From: Macrostomum lignano | Taxonomy: Eukaryota | Length of the DNA stretch: 64,000 bases | Reading direction: 5' to 3' | Assembly (NCBI GenBank): GCA_002269645.1 | Contig: NIVC01003563.1 | Coordinates: 27,061-91,060 of the forward strand | Part shown: one piece after another, positions 1 through 12,348 of the stretch | How positions within the stretch are numbered: position 1 is the first letter of the stretch | Layout: every line of letters begins with the position of its first letter | Made by a program: the position numbers and the translations under genes | Notes under the pieces: generated by a model | Database searches by the model: none | What the model was told of the DNA's origin: nothing | Seen by the model: only the letters and a program-made list of their open reading frames with translations

Positions 1-2892
1 AATTTTAGATCACTACTGGCTCTGTTGCTAGTGAGTAGTATCAAGACACAGACGCAGTGCTCAAATCATGGAAACTATGATGCAGTGAAGGACAGATGCA
101 CCTGCCAACCGGATTATTACGGCAGGAACTGTGAAACCGCTTTTTCAACCTCTAATCCGTGCTTGGATCCCAGCATTGCAACGATCGACGACTCAAAGGG
201 CTCTCATGCTCCCAGAAACGTCAAGTCGTGCTCGGACTCTGGTTATAGTTGCTTTGACTTCAGCTCAATATCTTTTGGATGGTACCGACTGAAGTCTCCA
301 GCTGGAGGCTTCCTAACCAGCACGTGTCCCGACACAACGGCCAGCTGCGGCAGCGCCTACCCTTATATCCTCACCGACATCGTCCAGGAAGCCACTACAA
401 GCAGAACGCTGTATTCTGGCAAACTTTTCAGAGTCAGTCGGTCAGGACCCGTTTGCTACGACTCGGCAGAGGCTCCATATCCTGTCCGAATCCTTACTTG
501 CGGATCATTTAATCTTTACTATTTGGAACCTACCCAGTCCAGAAACGATCACTACTGCATCGGAAACAAGAAGGCGTGCAGCGGCGGTCTCGTGTCAGCT
601 GACGGCTCTGGCTACGAGCCCTGCGTCAACGCATCCGCGTGCTTGCCGAAAGCGAAGTCCGGAGCAACAAATCTGCCAGTTTTGCAGCAAGTTCACAATC
701 CTGATAACCAAAAATCCAAGTTTAACTGTTCCTTTGGAGAAAGTTTTGAGACAAACTTCACACAAGGGCTTCTATATAAGGTTTACTACAGACTAAGGTT
801 TCACAACAAAACGCAATTGAAAATCCCAGCGTGCACTTTTCAAAACCTTACGGTATCCTCAGGAGGCAAAATCACGGTAACCTGCGATGACGAAGATATT
901 CTTATTCCTCATTCAAACATCTACGGCGGTACACTGGAATGCGTGCTGCAGGCCAAGTGCAACTCAGAGCTGTCTGAATATGTATCCGAGGAGCTAGTTT
1001 CTATGCCGCACCAGTTTGAGTTTCAGTACAGCTTTCTTGATTCATCGACAAATGCAACCACTTCAGTACTTACTCCATCTAGTTCGATTAAACTTTGCAT
1101 AAATATTACAAAAGTGCCCAACTTTGATTATATTACTGTTAGAGTTGCTGTCCGACGCCAGGCGCTGATTTCTAACGATAAAATAAAGGTAAAAATACAG
1201 AACTTACAATTTAACGGCTACAATAATCCTTGCGAAGCAAATATAACGACCAGAAATACTCGCCATTCAAATGTCTGCCTAGACTTAAAACTGCTTAACG
1301 ATGATGAAGAAGGTCTGATTGTCAGAGGCCTCGATGGATCACAGCTGGCGCCTATGATTCAGGTGAACGTCAGCTACCGTGCTAATAAAGATCCTCGAGG
1401 TGTGTATACCGGAAATAATTGGGTAAAATTGCAGTCACGAAAACTAACGATAGACATTTCCTCTCTCTACAACACCACAGAGGTAAAAGACTTTTTTCAT
1501 GTGTACAGCGACCCCATTTTCAAGCCGGCAAATTCAGACAGTCCTAGATACGCCGACTTTTTTTATGGGGACTCTTGCCGGAGTTTGTCGCTAATGAGGC
1601 ACAAAATTTTGCCTTACGAGGTGCAGGCTAAAGAGTGCGATTCAACAAAGAGAAAATTCCATTCCGTTGTTACTGAGGTTGCTATCAGGTACGAGTCCTA
1701 CCGAATCCTGATATACAGCGAGAAGGAAGCATTCCAAGTTAAGACAACAAAAATTAAAGAATTCAGCGCTCTGCCGCTTACGAATGGCTTTCCTTGGGGT
1801 GTTTCTTTCGAGGAAGGAAAAAATGGAGTGAGGATCAAATTTGAATTGTATGGTACTATCATATACGTATGGAATTTTTTGATTCATGGTTTTAATGACG
1901 ATGGTTGCCGTCACGACTTTATTATGAGCCGCAAATCAATGCTAGAAAATAGTTGTTCAGGGAACGTCGGGAACCTCGAAACGAACGGCAAGAATGCCTT
2001 GGATTTAATGATAGTTCCAGGTTTCTACGATACCGAGAGTCGAGTCGATGGTCTTATGTATAGAAAATCTTTGGCATCGTGGATACCGACCGACACCATT
2101 GCCTCGGACAGTCCCAGAAATTTGTTCTCTGACAATTTTGTTCCAGAGGACACTCTTGAGACCATTGAGTCATTGGACTTTTGCTCTTGCGAAAAAGGCA
2201 AAGAAGATGACGACTTGCCCGAAAATCTGTCAAATCAATGTGTCGTCAGACAGCTAGGTGATCCATCACGAACAAGGCGATCTCTCGACAACAATCTGCA
2301 ACCACGACGAGCTACTAATAGGCTAGAAACACTGCTAGCTAAACGCAGCAAACGCTCCACAGAAAATGTCACTGCTGAGATGGCAGCTGAGCAGTGCGCC
2401 AAGTACTTACAGTCTGTACTAGCAACAAAAGGTACCATAGTGACAGAGTGCTCCACTGCAAAAGGCATTCTCGGCGGTTTGGACTTTATGACGCAGTTCA
2501 AAACTGTTTGCGTCCAGTACGCCACCCAATTGGACACATTCGATTTTACTGAAACCCTGTTCAACTCGTTCGCTGGTCAGTGCATTACAAGCCTCAGCTA
2601 CAACGTGTCAGCTGTAAAGACAAAGGCCAGCACCATTGACAGGATGCTGACCGAGGCGTGTCCGAATAAGTGCAATGGCAACGGCGACTGCGTCTTTGGA
2701 GCGTGTTTGTGCAATCGCGGCTACTCCGGCGCCACGTGTGAGATCGGCCCCGTCAAACCTGCTACAAATCCTGCTCCGGATCGGGATGCAACTCCAACTA
2801 CGAGTACAAAAGCTACTACAGTAAAGACAGAAACAACCAAGCTTCCATTTATTTGCATCAGTCTGCTCGTGCTGGGTTTCCTGATCGGCTAA
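1..2892 (+). CDS. VWDE/UMOD-like surface glycoprotein (EGF, D8C/UMOD-like, VWD-like, C8-like, EGF, Thr-rich stalk, hydrophobic GPI-type tail); 5' end outside the window
   Basis: The frame is open from base 1 (NFRSLLALLLVSS, signal-peptide-like). EGF repeats CSNHG...CTCQPDYYGRNC and CPNKCNGNGDC...CNRGYSGATC. D8C-like GWYRL...TCP...CGS. The ORF ends in the hydrophobic LPFICISLLVLGFLIG-stop. A splice-acceptor-like ttttag at 3-8 could alternatively mark the exon start. Confidence 0.75.
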   Translation, partial: NFRSLLALLLVSSIKTQTQCSNHGNYDAVKDRCTCQPDYYGRNCETAFSTSNPCLDPSIATIDDSKGSHAPRNVKSCSDSGYSCFDFSSISFGWYRLKSPAGGFLTSTCPDTTASCGSAYPYILTDIVQEATTSRTLYSGKLFRVSRSGPVCYDSAEAPYPVRILTCGSFNLYYLEPTQSRNDHYCIGNKKACSGGLVSADGSGYEPCVNASACLPKAKSGATNLPVLQQVHNPDNQKSKFNCSFGESFETNFTQGLLYKVYYRLRFHNKTQLKIPACTFQNLTVSSGGKITVTCDDEDILIPHSNIYGGTLECVLQAKCNSELSEYVSEELVSMPHQFEFQYSFLDSSTNATTSVLTPSSSIKLCINITKVPNFDYITVRVAVRRQALISNDKIKVKIQNLQFNGYNNPCEANITTRNTRHSNVCLDLKLLNDDEEGLIVRGLDGSQLAPMIQVNVSYRANKDPRGVYTGNNWVKLQSRKLTIDISSLYNTTEVKDFFHVYSDPIFKPANSDSPRYADFFYGDSCRSLSLMRHKILPYEVQAKECDSTKRKFHSVVTEVAIRYESYRILIYSEKEAFQVKTTKIKEFSALPLTNGFPWGVSFEEGKNGVRIKFELYGTIIYVWNFLIHGFNDDGCRHDFIMSRKSMLENSCSGNVGNLETNGKNALDLMIVPGFYDTESRVDGLMYRKSLASWIPTDTIASDSPRNLFSDNFVPEDTLETIESLDFCSCEKGKEDDDLPENLSNQCVVRQLGDPSRTRRSLDNNLQPRRATNRLETLLAKRSKRSTENVTAEMAAEQCAKYLQSVLATKGTIVTECSTAKGILGGLDFMTQFKTVCVQYATQLDTFDFTETLFNSFAGQCITSLSYNVSAVKTKASTIDRMLTEACPNKCNGNGDCVFGACLCNRGYSGATCEIGPVKPATNPAPDRDATPTTSTKATTVKTETTKLPFICISLLVLGFLIG

Positions 2893-4411
2893 CTTCAAAC
2901 CGTGCGCCTTATAGAATAGAAATATTTCTTTATATTAAAGATTGTTAAAACTTTTATTCAGGTTTCACAGGATCAGATTTTTTCCTAGCTAACATATTAA
3001 CCAGAATGATTTTTTGTGTGTCTAAGACAATTTTTTCGAATCGTAAACCCAAGCGCTATAGCTATGGATTTAAAGAAACTATATATTCAGAAGAGTATTT
3101 TTTACACTTGATCGTCCATTATTTTAGATGGCTTTGTCTTACATAAAGTCGTATTTTAGCCTACTTGTATTTGGTAGATATTTTTGTCAAGAAATTACAG
3201 TAATTTTTGTTAATTTTAAGCTGACTATCTCTCTGTATCTCTTAAATCCCTCTGTACAGCTTTCACAAGCAGCTGTGAGGAGTAACTGCCATCCTGCAGT
3301 AGCTAGCGCTTAGCGAATATTTATCAACTGTCGATACTCTTGATGCAACCCATTGAAAGACACAATCAACTAGAATACATCCAATCCCTATAAGACTTGA
3401 TCTGCAGTAAATTTCAAGAACATTGTGCCGCACATACCCGGGGTTCAACCACATTGATTTTTATTTTGTTGTCGTACGAGTCGTATTTACGAGCTTACTT
3501 CAGTAGTTTTTTCATTAAATTGATTATAAAAGCTAGATTGCATGGAATCCATCAGAACTTCGATGCTTACTGTTTGTGCTTTTGAATATCCTGTCCGGGG
3601 CTCTCAGCGGCTGACTGGTCTGCTTGCTGATTTGAAATTCGAAAGATTTTTTATTGATTTTCAAACACTACGCTATGCGGTTACTCCAGCTATTCATTTA
3701 TTTCTAAAGTACGATTATTTATCCTTAACCTGTTTTGTTTATTCAAGAATTTTTATCAAACGCTTCAGTTGCTCTCAAAATTCTGTTTTAATTTATTTTT
3801 TTTACTCAGAATAATACACGCAAAGCAGTTTAAAATAGAATGAGCCGGCTCTCAAGCATGCACATGAGAACTAATATTTGCGTATTTTCTTATCGCTTCT
3901 GAAAAAGAGATTTCACTAAATGTCAAAAAGCTGTCGCCTAAGAGTCAATTTAGAGCGTTTTATTACCTGCGACTATGAAACGACTCTGTAGGGTCTGAAG
4001 TTGCGTCTAAAGCACATCTGCGTCACTTTATGAATTAGAATCGCATTTCGCATTTACAAGAATCAAACGAACCATCGGAGCACGAAAGAAGGCAGACGCG
4101 AACACTGAAATGGGAGAGAGCGAAGTGCATAAGAAAGCAGAAAGCCTAAAGAGCAAAAGAAGCAAAAAGGGGGAGAAAAGGGAATTGCACAAAGGTTGCG
4201 GAAAAAACGTTAAGCAGAACTAAAATTCTGGCTTATGCGCTACAACTGGAGCACTGAATGCAACCGGCAGCCGGACATCAACAGGATGGACCGCTGCGCC
4301 AGTCACCGAACTGGATCAACTGGGTAGGGTGGCGCCGCTCCTGAGGATGACAGTCGCTCCGTCGAGCCGCAACAGGTGCCCCGAAAGAGAGCGTGGATCG
4401 ATCGAGTCCGG

Positions 4412-5173
4412 CAGGGGCGCGCCACCGGGGGGGGGGGAGGGACAGAGGGGACATGTCCCCCCCCAGTAAAAGTTATGGGCAGGACATGCCAATATTTTGT
4501 CCCCCAACACACGTTTGTCGACCTCTTATGAAAATCATTTTTTGCTTCAGGGCAACACAACATAGTGGTGCCCGCGGCGCTAAAATGGTGCCCGCGGCGC
4601 TAAAATGGTGCCCGCGGCGCTAAACTGGTGCCCGCGGCGCTAAACTGGTGCCCGCGGCGCTAAACTGGTGCCCGCGGCGCTAAAATGGTGCCCGCGGCGC
4701 TAAAATGGTGCACGCGGCGCTAAAATGGTGCCCGCGGCGCTAAACTGGTGCCCGCGGCGCTAAACTGGTGCCCGCGGCGCTAAACTGGTGCTCGCGGCGT
4801 TAAAATGGTGCCCGCGGCGCTAAACTGGTGCCCGCGGCGCTAAAATGGTGCCCGCAGCGCTAAAATGGTGCCTGCGGCGTTAAACTGGTGCCCGCGGCGC
4901 TAAACTGGTGCCCGCAGCGCTAAAATGGTGCCTGCGGCGTTAAACTGGTGCCTGCGGCGCTAAAATGGTGCCCGCGGCGCTAAAATGGTGCCCGCGGCGC
5001 TAAAATGGTGCCCGCGGCGCTAAAATGGTGGTGCCCGCGGCGCTAAAATGGTGCCCGCGGCGCTAAAATGGTGGTGCCCGCGGCGCTAAAATGGTGCCCG
5101 CGGCGCTAAAATGGTGCCCGCGGCGCTAAAATGGTGCCCGCGGCGCTAAAATGGTGGTGCCCGCGGCGCTAAA
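4412..5173 (+). mobile_element. MITE-like element: CAGGGGCG head followed by a 20-bp minisatellite
   Basis: The head caggggcg...gggacatgt..cccc.agtaaaag.tatggg...ttatg.aaatca..ttttgct..agggc is homologous to the reverse complement of 25615-25763. No matching second terminus was found. Confidence 0.55.
4567..5173. repeat. 20-bp minisatellite (ggtgcccgcggcgctaaaat/act)
   Basis: About 30 directly visible tandem units. Confidence 0.95.
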
Positions 5174-6491
5174 AACTCCCACTAACGAGACGGGAATCCC
5201 GGTCTATACCCGACTAAAGTTCCTTGACCCCAAATTGCACTAGAAATGGCCGATTAAGGGACTCCATGCGAAACATTCAAGGGACAGTTTAGTTCGACCA
5301 GTGCTGGAATAAGGACTTTTGCATATGCACACTGTACATGTATAGGGGGATCTTTACTTGGTGGGCGATTCTAGGCTACTTTAATCCCTCCTAAGCGCCC
5401 AGGATCCCAAAGTGAATATTAGGTAACGCCATTCTACATGTACTATTCTAGATATGGCCGCTCGATGCAGCAATGGATGGGAAAGTGCAGCCGCAAGTCC
5501 CAGAGCTCTCTCAATGGTGCACATCTTGCAGGGACTTAAGAAAAAACATGTACTTACTGATATCATTATTTGGATGTACTCCGTTCATACTCGTTGATTT
5601 TGGACTTTGATCCTCAGCTTCTATTCGATGTCCTGCGAGCTGCGACAGGCGCACTCTACTCACACGTTATGCCACGATTCATGGCATAAAGATTTGTCTG
5701 CTTCTGTCTATTTTCTCATTTGCCATTAATCGTTGCATGAAGTGTGAGTAGAGAGAGCACTATAGTATTGACTAGGCTGCAAAATGGTATATTTGAATGG
5801 CTAATGCCCTGAATTTCTGGACCTGAACTTGCATGGCACTAACAGTCAGAGGGGATTAAGAATAATGAATATCAGAAGATGGTACGTGAGCAAATTGTAC
5901 GGGGTGGAGACCTTAATTGGCTGCATGACAATACCCCAAGACAACGCAATGGAGGAAAATATCTTTAGCTAACACTTACGGCTGTCCGGATGGTCACGGG
6001 CGGCTGACTCAACGTGATGACCATTGGGAAGATCCTCGCAGAAGGATCTGCATGGCATATGGGAGCAATCAAAGTGTTTAGGGGAAATTAATTTGGTCTC
6101 AAAGGGAGATCGCCGGTACGGATACTGAGTCCTAAGAATTACTGAAGGTTGGTCTCGAGGGAAAACAAACACCAAAAAACAACCGGAAGTCGTACCAATT
6201 TAGCCGTTCTGGGCTCCTAGCTACATGTACACATGTATGTATTATTTATATAGCCCTAAAATCACGCGCCAATACATCACCTCAGCGGGATGCGTGATTT
6301 TGAAGGCCGTTACCTTTCTCCATGACTTCTGTTACCAAAGGCAAACCTGATGACGTCACCTACACAAGCCGCGCTGCGATTGGACGAGAGTTGGGGTGGG
6401 GCGGCGTAGAAAATTCATAATTTATGATGGGGGATTACGTAACAAGGCGGGAAAAAGCTTGAGGAGATAACAACAACCCAACAAAATACGT

Positions 6492-9440
6492 TGTCAGTCA
6501 GTCAGCAGACAACGTCACAAAGGCGCGTTTCAAGGCCTGGTCGCGAACGTAGGCTGCACCACCGTCAGCGTCTGAGGCGCCGGCATCAGTCAACAGGCAG
6601 TCGACGAAACGCCGAGTGCGCGCCTGCCCCCGCCAGTAGGGTGCCTGTAGCGTCAGCAGCAGCACCTCGTGCACCGGCTGTGGGCAGTACGACTCGGCTC
6701 GAATGAAATGGCCTGCCAGCTGGAGTCGCCGACGGCGCAATAGTTCGCTAGGACGGGACTGTAGAGTGTTCTACCTCCCGTTAAAAAGGTAAAAATAAGA
6801 TAATCGTATAATGCTACTATAAGTAAGTAAGTACACGCATGTGCGCCTAAGCTTTGAATGAATCACGCTACCAAGAAAAGATGTTACCAAAATAATACGC
6901 CATGAGCCATTTTCCCCTTTTAGCGCAACACGTGAATTGTCATAATGCTATTTTGGATCAAAAAGTTGCCTATAAATACAAGCGGTCCGAAGCGGACCAG
7001 GAGCCAACTCCCGACGAGAGGAGAAGCTCCGAAAAGGAAGCCTCAGGAGGACTTCCTGAACAACCAAGTCAATCGAGACTCGGTCGAATTGTTGCGGTAA
7101 GCCTTCCTTATTTGCGCCCGTTGTGTTAGAGACGTCTCGCTCAAGTCTATTGAGACTTGAGTTTATTTGAGTCTGTTGAGACTCTTGAGTCTGTTTAGAC
7201 TCCATTGGTTGCAGTCTCCAGAAGGACTGCCCCTGATAGATCTTAGGAGACTATCAGTGGTTTCCGGAGCCATACCTAGAGTGCATAGAGGCACTTCTAG
7301 AAGGAGGCTTAATTCAGACCGCAGTTTGGCGCAGGGATCCCATTGTTAATTCGGAAGCTTCCCATTGGTCCGAGCGACAGAATCCGGCCGGAACTATTTG
7401 AAGAAGAAACGAAGACTCGGACTCGATCTACAAACGAAAGTCAGAAGTGACTATACGAGAGCAACTGAAACTAATCGAGAGCTACTCCGAGAGATCTCCA
7501 AAGGACTCAAGGTAATTGAATACCTTCTGTTGACTTACTGGGTTGCCTAGCTACTGAACTAGAAGTGATTGTTCCTTGATTATCGAAAGTCGGGTAATAA
7601 GGAACACATCAGGACAAGCCGGTGCGGCGATAGAGTGCTACAATGGCGACTCGCTCGTAGCGGATCTTGAAAGCGGCGCGCAGCAGGCCAGCGTGCGCCG
7701 CATCGACCAGCTGTTCGAGCGCATCCGTCAGCGTCCAGGTCTCGGCGTTGTACAACAGGACGGTCTCGATCACCGCCGAAAACTTTGGCAGTCGGGCAGG
7801 GCCTCGGACTGCAGGACAAGCCTCGCGGAACGGAAGGCAGCCCAGTCAAGTGCACGGCGGGCGTCGCAGGTCCTCGCAAACGTCATGCAGGCACCAGACC
7901 GCCGAGGTAGACGAACTGCTCATAGCACGAAAGCTTCGTCACCTCGCTTCGTCAAAATTGCAGCCTCAATGTCATCCGGCACGCAGAGCTCGACGGTCTT
8001 CTGCATGTTGAAAACCAGGCCGACACTCGCCGCGACGCTCACCAGCCGGTCCAACTGGCGTTGGGCGCCCTCGATGGTCGAGGACAGCAGAGCGAGATCA
8101 TCGGCGTAGCCCAGTACGCTGAGCCGCCTTTCCGGTTGGAGTCGACCCACGCGTCGCTGCAACAGGAAGCCGTCATCGTTAGAAGGGCCGGAGCAGTCCG
8201 CAGCACCCAGTCAAGTACCAGGACGAACAGGAACAGCGCAAGCGTATCTCCCTGAAGCACCCCAGAGGATGTCTCAAAGAAAGCAGCGTTCGTGCCGTGA
8301 TACAGCGCCATGACGGCGGAGATCAGCTGCTCTGGCATATTGTACGAACGGAGCACCTTTGGGAGCACAGACCTGACGACCGAGTCGAATGCCTTCTTGA
8401 AATCTATGAAGATAACAATCGGGATCGACTGGCGTATCCATGCTTCCTCAATGACTCGCCGAAGAGCCAGGATCTGCGTCACTGTGCCGCGATGGGGCCG
8501 GAAGCCGTTCTGCTCAGGACGCAGGTACGGATCCAACACGGGCTGTAACCGCGATAACAGCATCCGGTTGAACAACTTCGCAGCGCAGGACTGAAGGCAG
8601 ATACCTCGATGCTCCTCTCAAGCCTCGTGGTGCCCGGCTTCTTAGGAACTGCGACGATGTACGCCGTGGTCCATTCGTTGGGTGCCTCCTCACCGAAAAG
8701 CACGCAGTTCATCACACTGGCGACCTCGCTGGCCACACAGTGGATGCGCAGCGCCTCGATGGGCACCTCGTCCGAACCCCGCGCTTTCCCGCCCGGTGAC
8801 TGTTAATGGGGCGAGCTTCACAACGTCGGCTGTGCTGACTGGGGCTACATTACTCTCCTCTACCGGCTACGGCGTCTCCGGTGGCAGCCCCAGATCGTTT
8901 CAGCAGCCTCAGAGCGAAGCCGGACGTCGACCCGAAGCAGCCGGTCAGACAGGGAGATATGCAGCGATAGCTCTGCTGCAGCCTCGGTCCGATCAGCGCT
9001 CCAACTCCTCCACGGCTTCGTTGGTCCGCCGACGTGTACCGAGGGTCCAGCCGGTGACTAGGTCCTCACAGTGATTTCCCGATTCGGCCCTGATGGACAC
9101 CTCTTGCAGCGAGATGACATTGCATTTGAGGTTGAGCGCTATGCTGCGCTGCAGCAGCAGCCCTCTCCACCCAGGCGGCCTTGAGAGTGCGGCAGAGTTC
9201 AGCGTCCTGACCCGAGAAGCGGGCCCTGTGGTACGGCTGGGTCTCGATGACAGAAGCCTCACGGTCCCCCGGCGCCACCCAGAAGATCCGATTGGCCAAG
9301 GATCAGCAGCAGCTCGACGGGCGAAAACCAGTACGTACGTACGTACGTTGCCGACCTCACCAGTTTCGCTTGCTCACGCCGACGTTCAACTCGCCGGCGC
9401 TCGCTTCGCTGCCCTCACTTGGTCTTGCCGCTGTTGCGCA
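6492..9440 (-). mobile_element. Decayed RTE-type non-LTR retrotransposon (APE + RT remnants), frameshifted, internally deleted and interrupted by a solo LTR
   Basis: Minus-strand fragments: RVRTL...LQE (APE start), PEQNGFRPHRG, FIDFKKAFDSV, GVLQGDTL, LGYADDLAL, C-terminal RRRRLQLAGH. A (TGAC)n-type 3' tail lies at about 6492-6505. The 5' boundary is approximate. Confidence 0.9.
6760..7611 (+). mobile_element. Solo LTR (852 bp)
   Basis: TGTAG...CATCA flanked by a 4-bp TSD GGAC (6756-6759 and 7612-7615). Removing it restores the LINE frame YRRTGLS-RPSELLRRRR. TATA-like ctataaata near 6969. Confidence 0.8.
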
Positions 9441-10936
9441 CCGGGGGGGGGGGGGTCGCGGTATTATCTGCACCGAGGTGCAAATTTATTATTAAATAAA
9501 TTAATGTCTGCAAATACATAGTAAAGTCTGCAAATATAAATATAATATGGGGAGATATAGGTGTCATAAAACTGTCACACGCATGAATATATTCGAACAA
9601 TAGAATAGGTGGGCTTAATGCGCGGGAGAGTGGGGTGGCCGATAAGCACGAGCCATCTCGATGACTCATCAAATAAGCCATCGCGGATGGCACAGGGTTC
9701 ACAGAAGAGGAAGAGAGGGTGCTAAAAAATTAGTGGGGAGGCCCTGGACGTGCCTAAATGACTTTATACTCTGATTTTTCGTTGTGAATTGAATCTCACT
9801 CTGTTCAATTACAACTTGTTGTTTGTCACTTGTCGTTACCATCTTAATTATACCGTTAATATTTTTATTCGCGAATTTTTAAATGTAATTTTATTATCTA
9901 CAAGTGACCACGAACACGAACCGAAACGTAACAGAAAACGAAACGGCAAATCTTTGTCACTCCAGACCATACCATACCATACCCTACTAATAAATACCAT
10001 ACCATTCCTCATCCCCACCAGCAGACGAACAGTTTCAGAAAGAAAGGGCGTTTCGTCTACTCAGCAGACGAACTGTCGGCAGACGAATGAACTGGAAACC
10101 CTGTGTCCACTGTCCAGTCCAAATTTAGAAGCCCGCAGTCCAAACTAGAACGCAAAAAGCAATACTAGCATACATGCCCAACCTCAAAATTTTACCCGTC
10201 TGGTGCAACTTAGTTTTGTCCAGATTTGCGACTTAGTTCCTCTTGATTGGGACTTAGGCCCTAGTCCCCCCAATTCACAATTGCAACTAAATTTTCACTT
10301 TGTATATGGCTTTTCTTGTTTTTTTCTCTTTTCTTTTCCTTCTTTTTCTTTCTCCTCTTCTCTCTTTTCCTTTCTTTCTTTTCTTTTTCTCTTTCTCCTT
10401 TCTTTCTTCCCTCAAATTTTTGTTTTTTGCATTTTTGATTTTGTACCTTGGGCTTGGCCAACAGTCATTTCACCTGTCTGGTTGACTGGTTTTGCGGTTT
10501 GGATAGGTTGGATAGCCTAGGTGTTGTGCATGTATGACTACTACTAGGCATAGGGCTTACTTGTAAAGTAAAAATCTGAAATTTGAACACGAAATTTAAC
10601 TCTACATTGTGATTGTGTTTAGTCAAAGTTGCCAAACTTTGGTATTTTTGTATGGTTAGCCTAGGCTTAATAAGATTAATAATAGGCCCTATGACATTGA
10701 AATACAATGTCTAAGAAACTTCAAGGAAGTGAACAATAGAAATTTGAGAAGACCTAGACCATCCTAATAATAATAAACCTACATAGGCCTAAATGATAAA
10801 TTATACATGTGCAACAGTTAACCAAGTTGGCCGATCTAGCTAACCAATTTGGTGGCCAACCAAGGTAAGTTGCAAAAATGCCTCCCCAAATAAATACCCA
10901 AGTAGTACTAAAGTAGATAATAGGGCATTTTGCCTT

Positions 10937-11560
10937 AGGCAGTTGTTTTTGTTACAGTGACCATATATTATAAATAGTGAGACAGTTATTTTTACAATTA
11001 ACACTTGAAACAAACACCATCTAAATGAAGTGACAAACTTGCTATACAAATACTATGATGGTTAAATTAAAAAAATAAAGAAATGTTTTATTAATAAATA
11101 CAATAATAACTTTTAGTAATTCTTGTCATAGTAGCTTACTTTAGGTATTAATTGATTTTAGGTAGGCCTATTGTTAACTATAATTGTTAATAATTAGTTA
11201 ACCAGAAGTTCTAGAACCATTAGATTGGTTCTTAATTATTGAATTTATGAATTATACAATTACTGTTATTGTTAACTATAATAATAGTTAACAATAATTG
11301 TATTGTTAACTATAACTATGTTAACTAACTATTTAGGTAATTGTTAACTATTACCTTGTAATTTAATAGAAATTTCTTCCACATGACTGTAAAAATAGCC
11401 CTTTTGCTTACTACCTATAGTGACTATAAAAATAACAGTTTTGCTATTTATATAGTTATATTAAACTTGTAAAGACCATAGGCCCACATAGTGTCTTATG
11501 CATTAACCATAAATAACCATTTTGTTATTTATATGGTCATTATAACAATAACAACTGCCT
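10937..11560. mobile_element. MITE (624 bp) with a 7-bp TSD
   Basis: Imperfect TIRs aggcagttgtt..tgtta..gtgaccatata and its complement. TTGCCTT at 10930-10936 and 11561-11567. A paralogous empty site lies at about 53150-53345. Confidence 0.7.
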
Positions 11561-12348
11561 TTGCCTTAATAAGACAATCATAGTTACTCCTATCATTTAC
11601 CCAAAGTTGCATTAATTTTGTTTTAGGGTTTCTTTAACATGTAAGTCATATTTTGGCCAAAAACTATATTGTATTTTTTGTTAAAACTAAGTTGCATGGC
11701 TGACCAAATTTTGGAGGTTGTGTATATATGGCCTAAAATTTAAATTAAGGCCTATATTTTACTATAGGCTTAACTAGATTTTCATAGTAGTTCCCATCCT
11801 ATTTTGGTTAGGCCTGACTTATTTTTTATATTAAATCAAATGCTTTGTATATATTATTTTGTAGGTTTATTTAAAGTTATAGGCTAGGCCTAATTAGAAA
11901 ATTTGATCTAGATTTATAATATTGATAGCTAAGATTAGGTCTTGAATATAATTACATTAATATAAATATAGACAGTAAGCAAGCTATAAAGCCAACTAAG
12001 AAGATAGATGAAATAGGCCTAGTCATTAGTTAAGATAGGCTTAAACTAAAAACAACCTTTCTCTTTCAAAAAATAATTAGGCCTAAAGGGCTAACAATAA
12101 TAGGCCTATTGTAATTAGGATTAAATAAAATATATATAAGAAAAAAGAAATAATTTTTGGAAAATAAAACTATAAATATATATATAGATGATTCTAGTTT
12201 TTATTAGGAAAATAAAAAACTATCATCTTTTTCTAACAACAAAGGCTTTTGAAAAGTTATAACATAAATAAAAAAGAAAAGCCAAGCCCAAAAAGCTTTT
12301 ACATTTAAAAAATAAACAAAATAAGTTTTAATTTGGTCTAGTAGTAGG

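Noticed and set aside
4230-4411. GC-rich stretch with a PPYPVD motif like the 55318 exon
   Set aside because: Stops occur nearby, there is no clear splice context, and the similarity is limited to six residues.
6180-6460. Promoter-like motif cluster (ccggaagt, tgacgtca, attgg, ggcgggaaa)
   Set aside because: These are short motifs with no adjacent gene start; function cannot be supported.
9340-9400. Ribozyme in the LINE 5' region (gtgagcaagcgaaac on the minus strand)
   Set aside because: The CUGANGA core is missing and I could not build the required stems.
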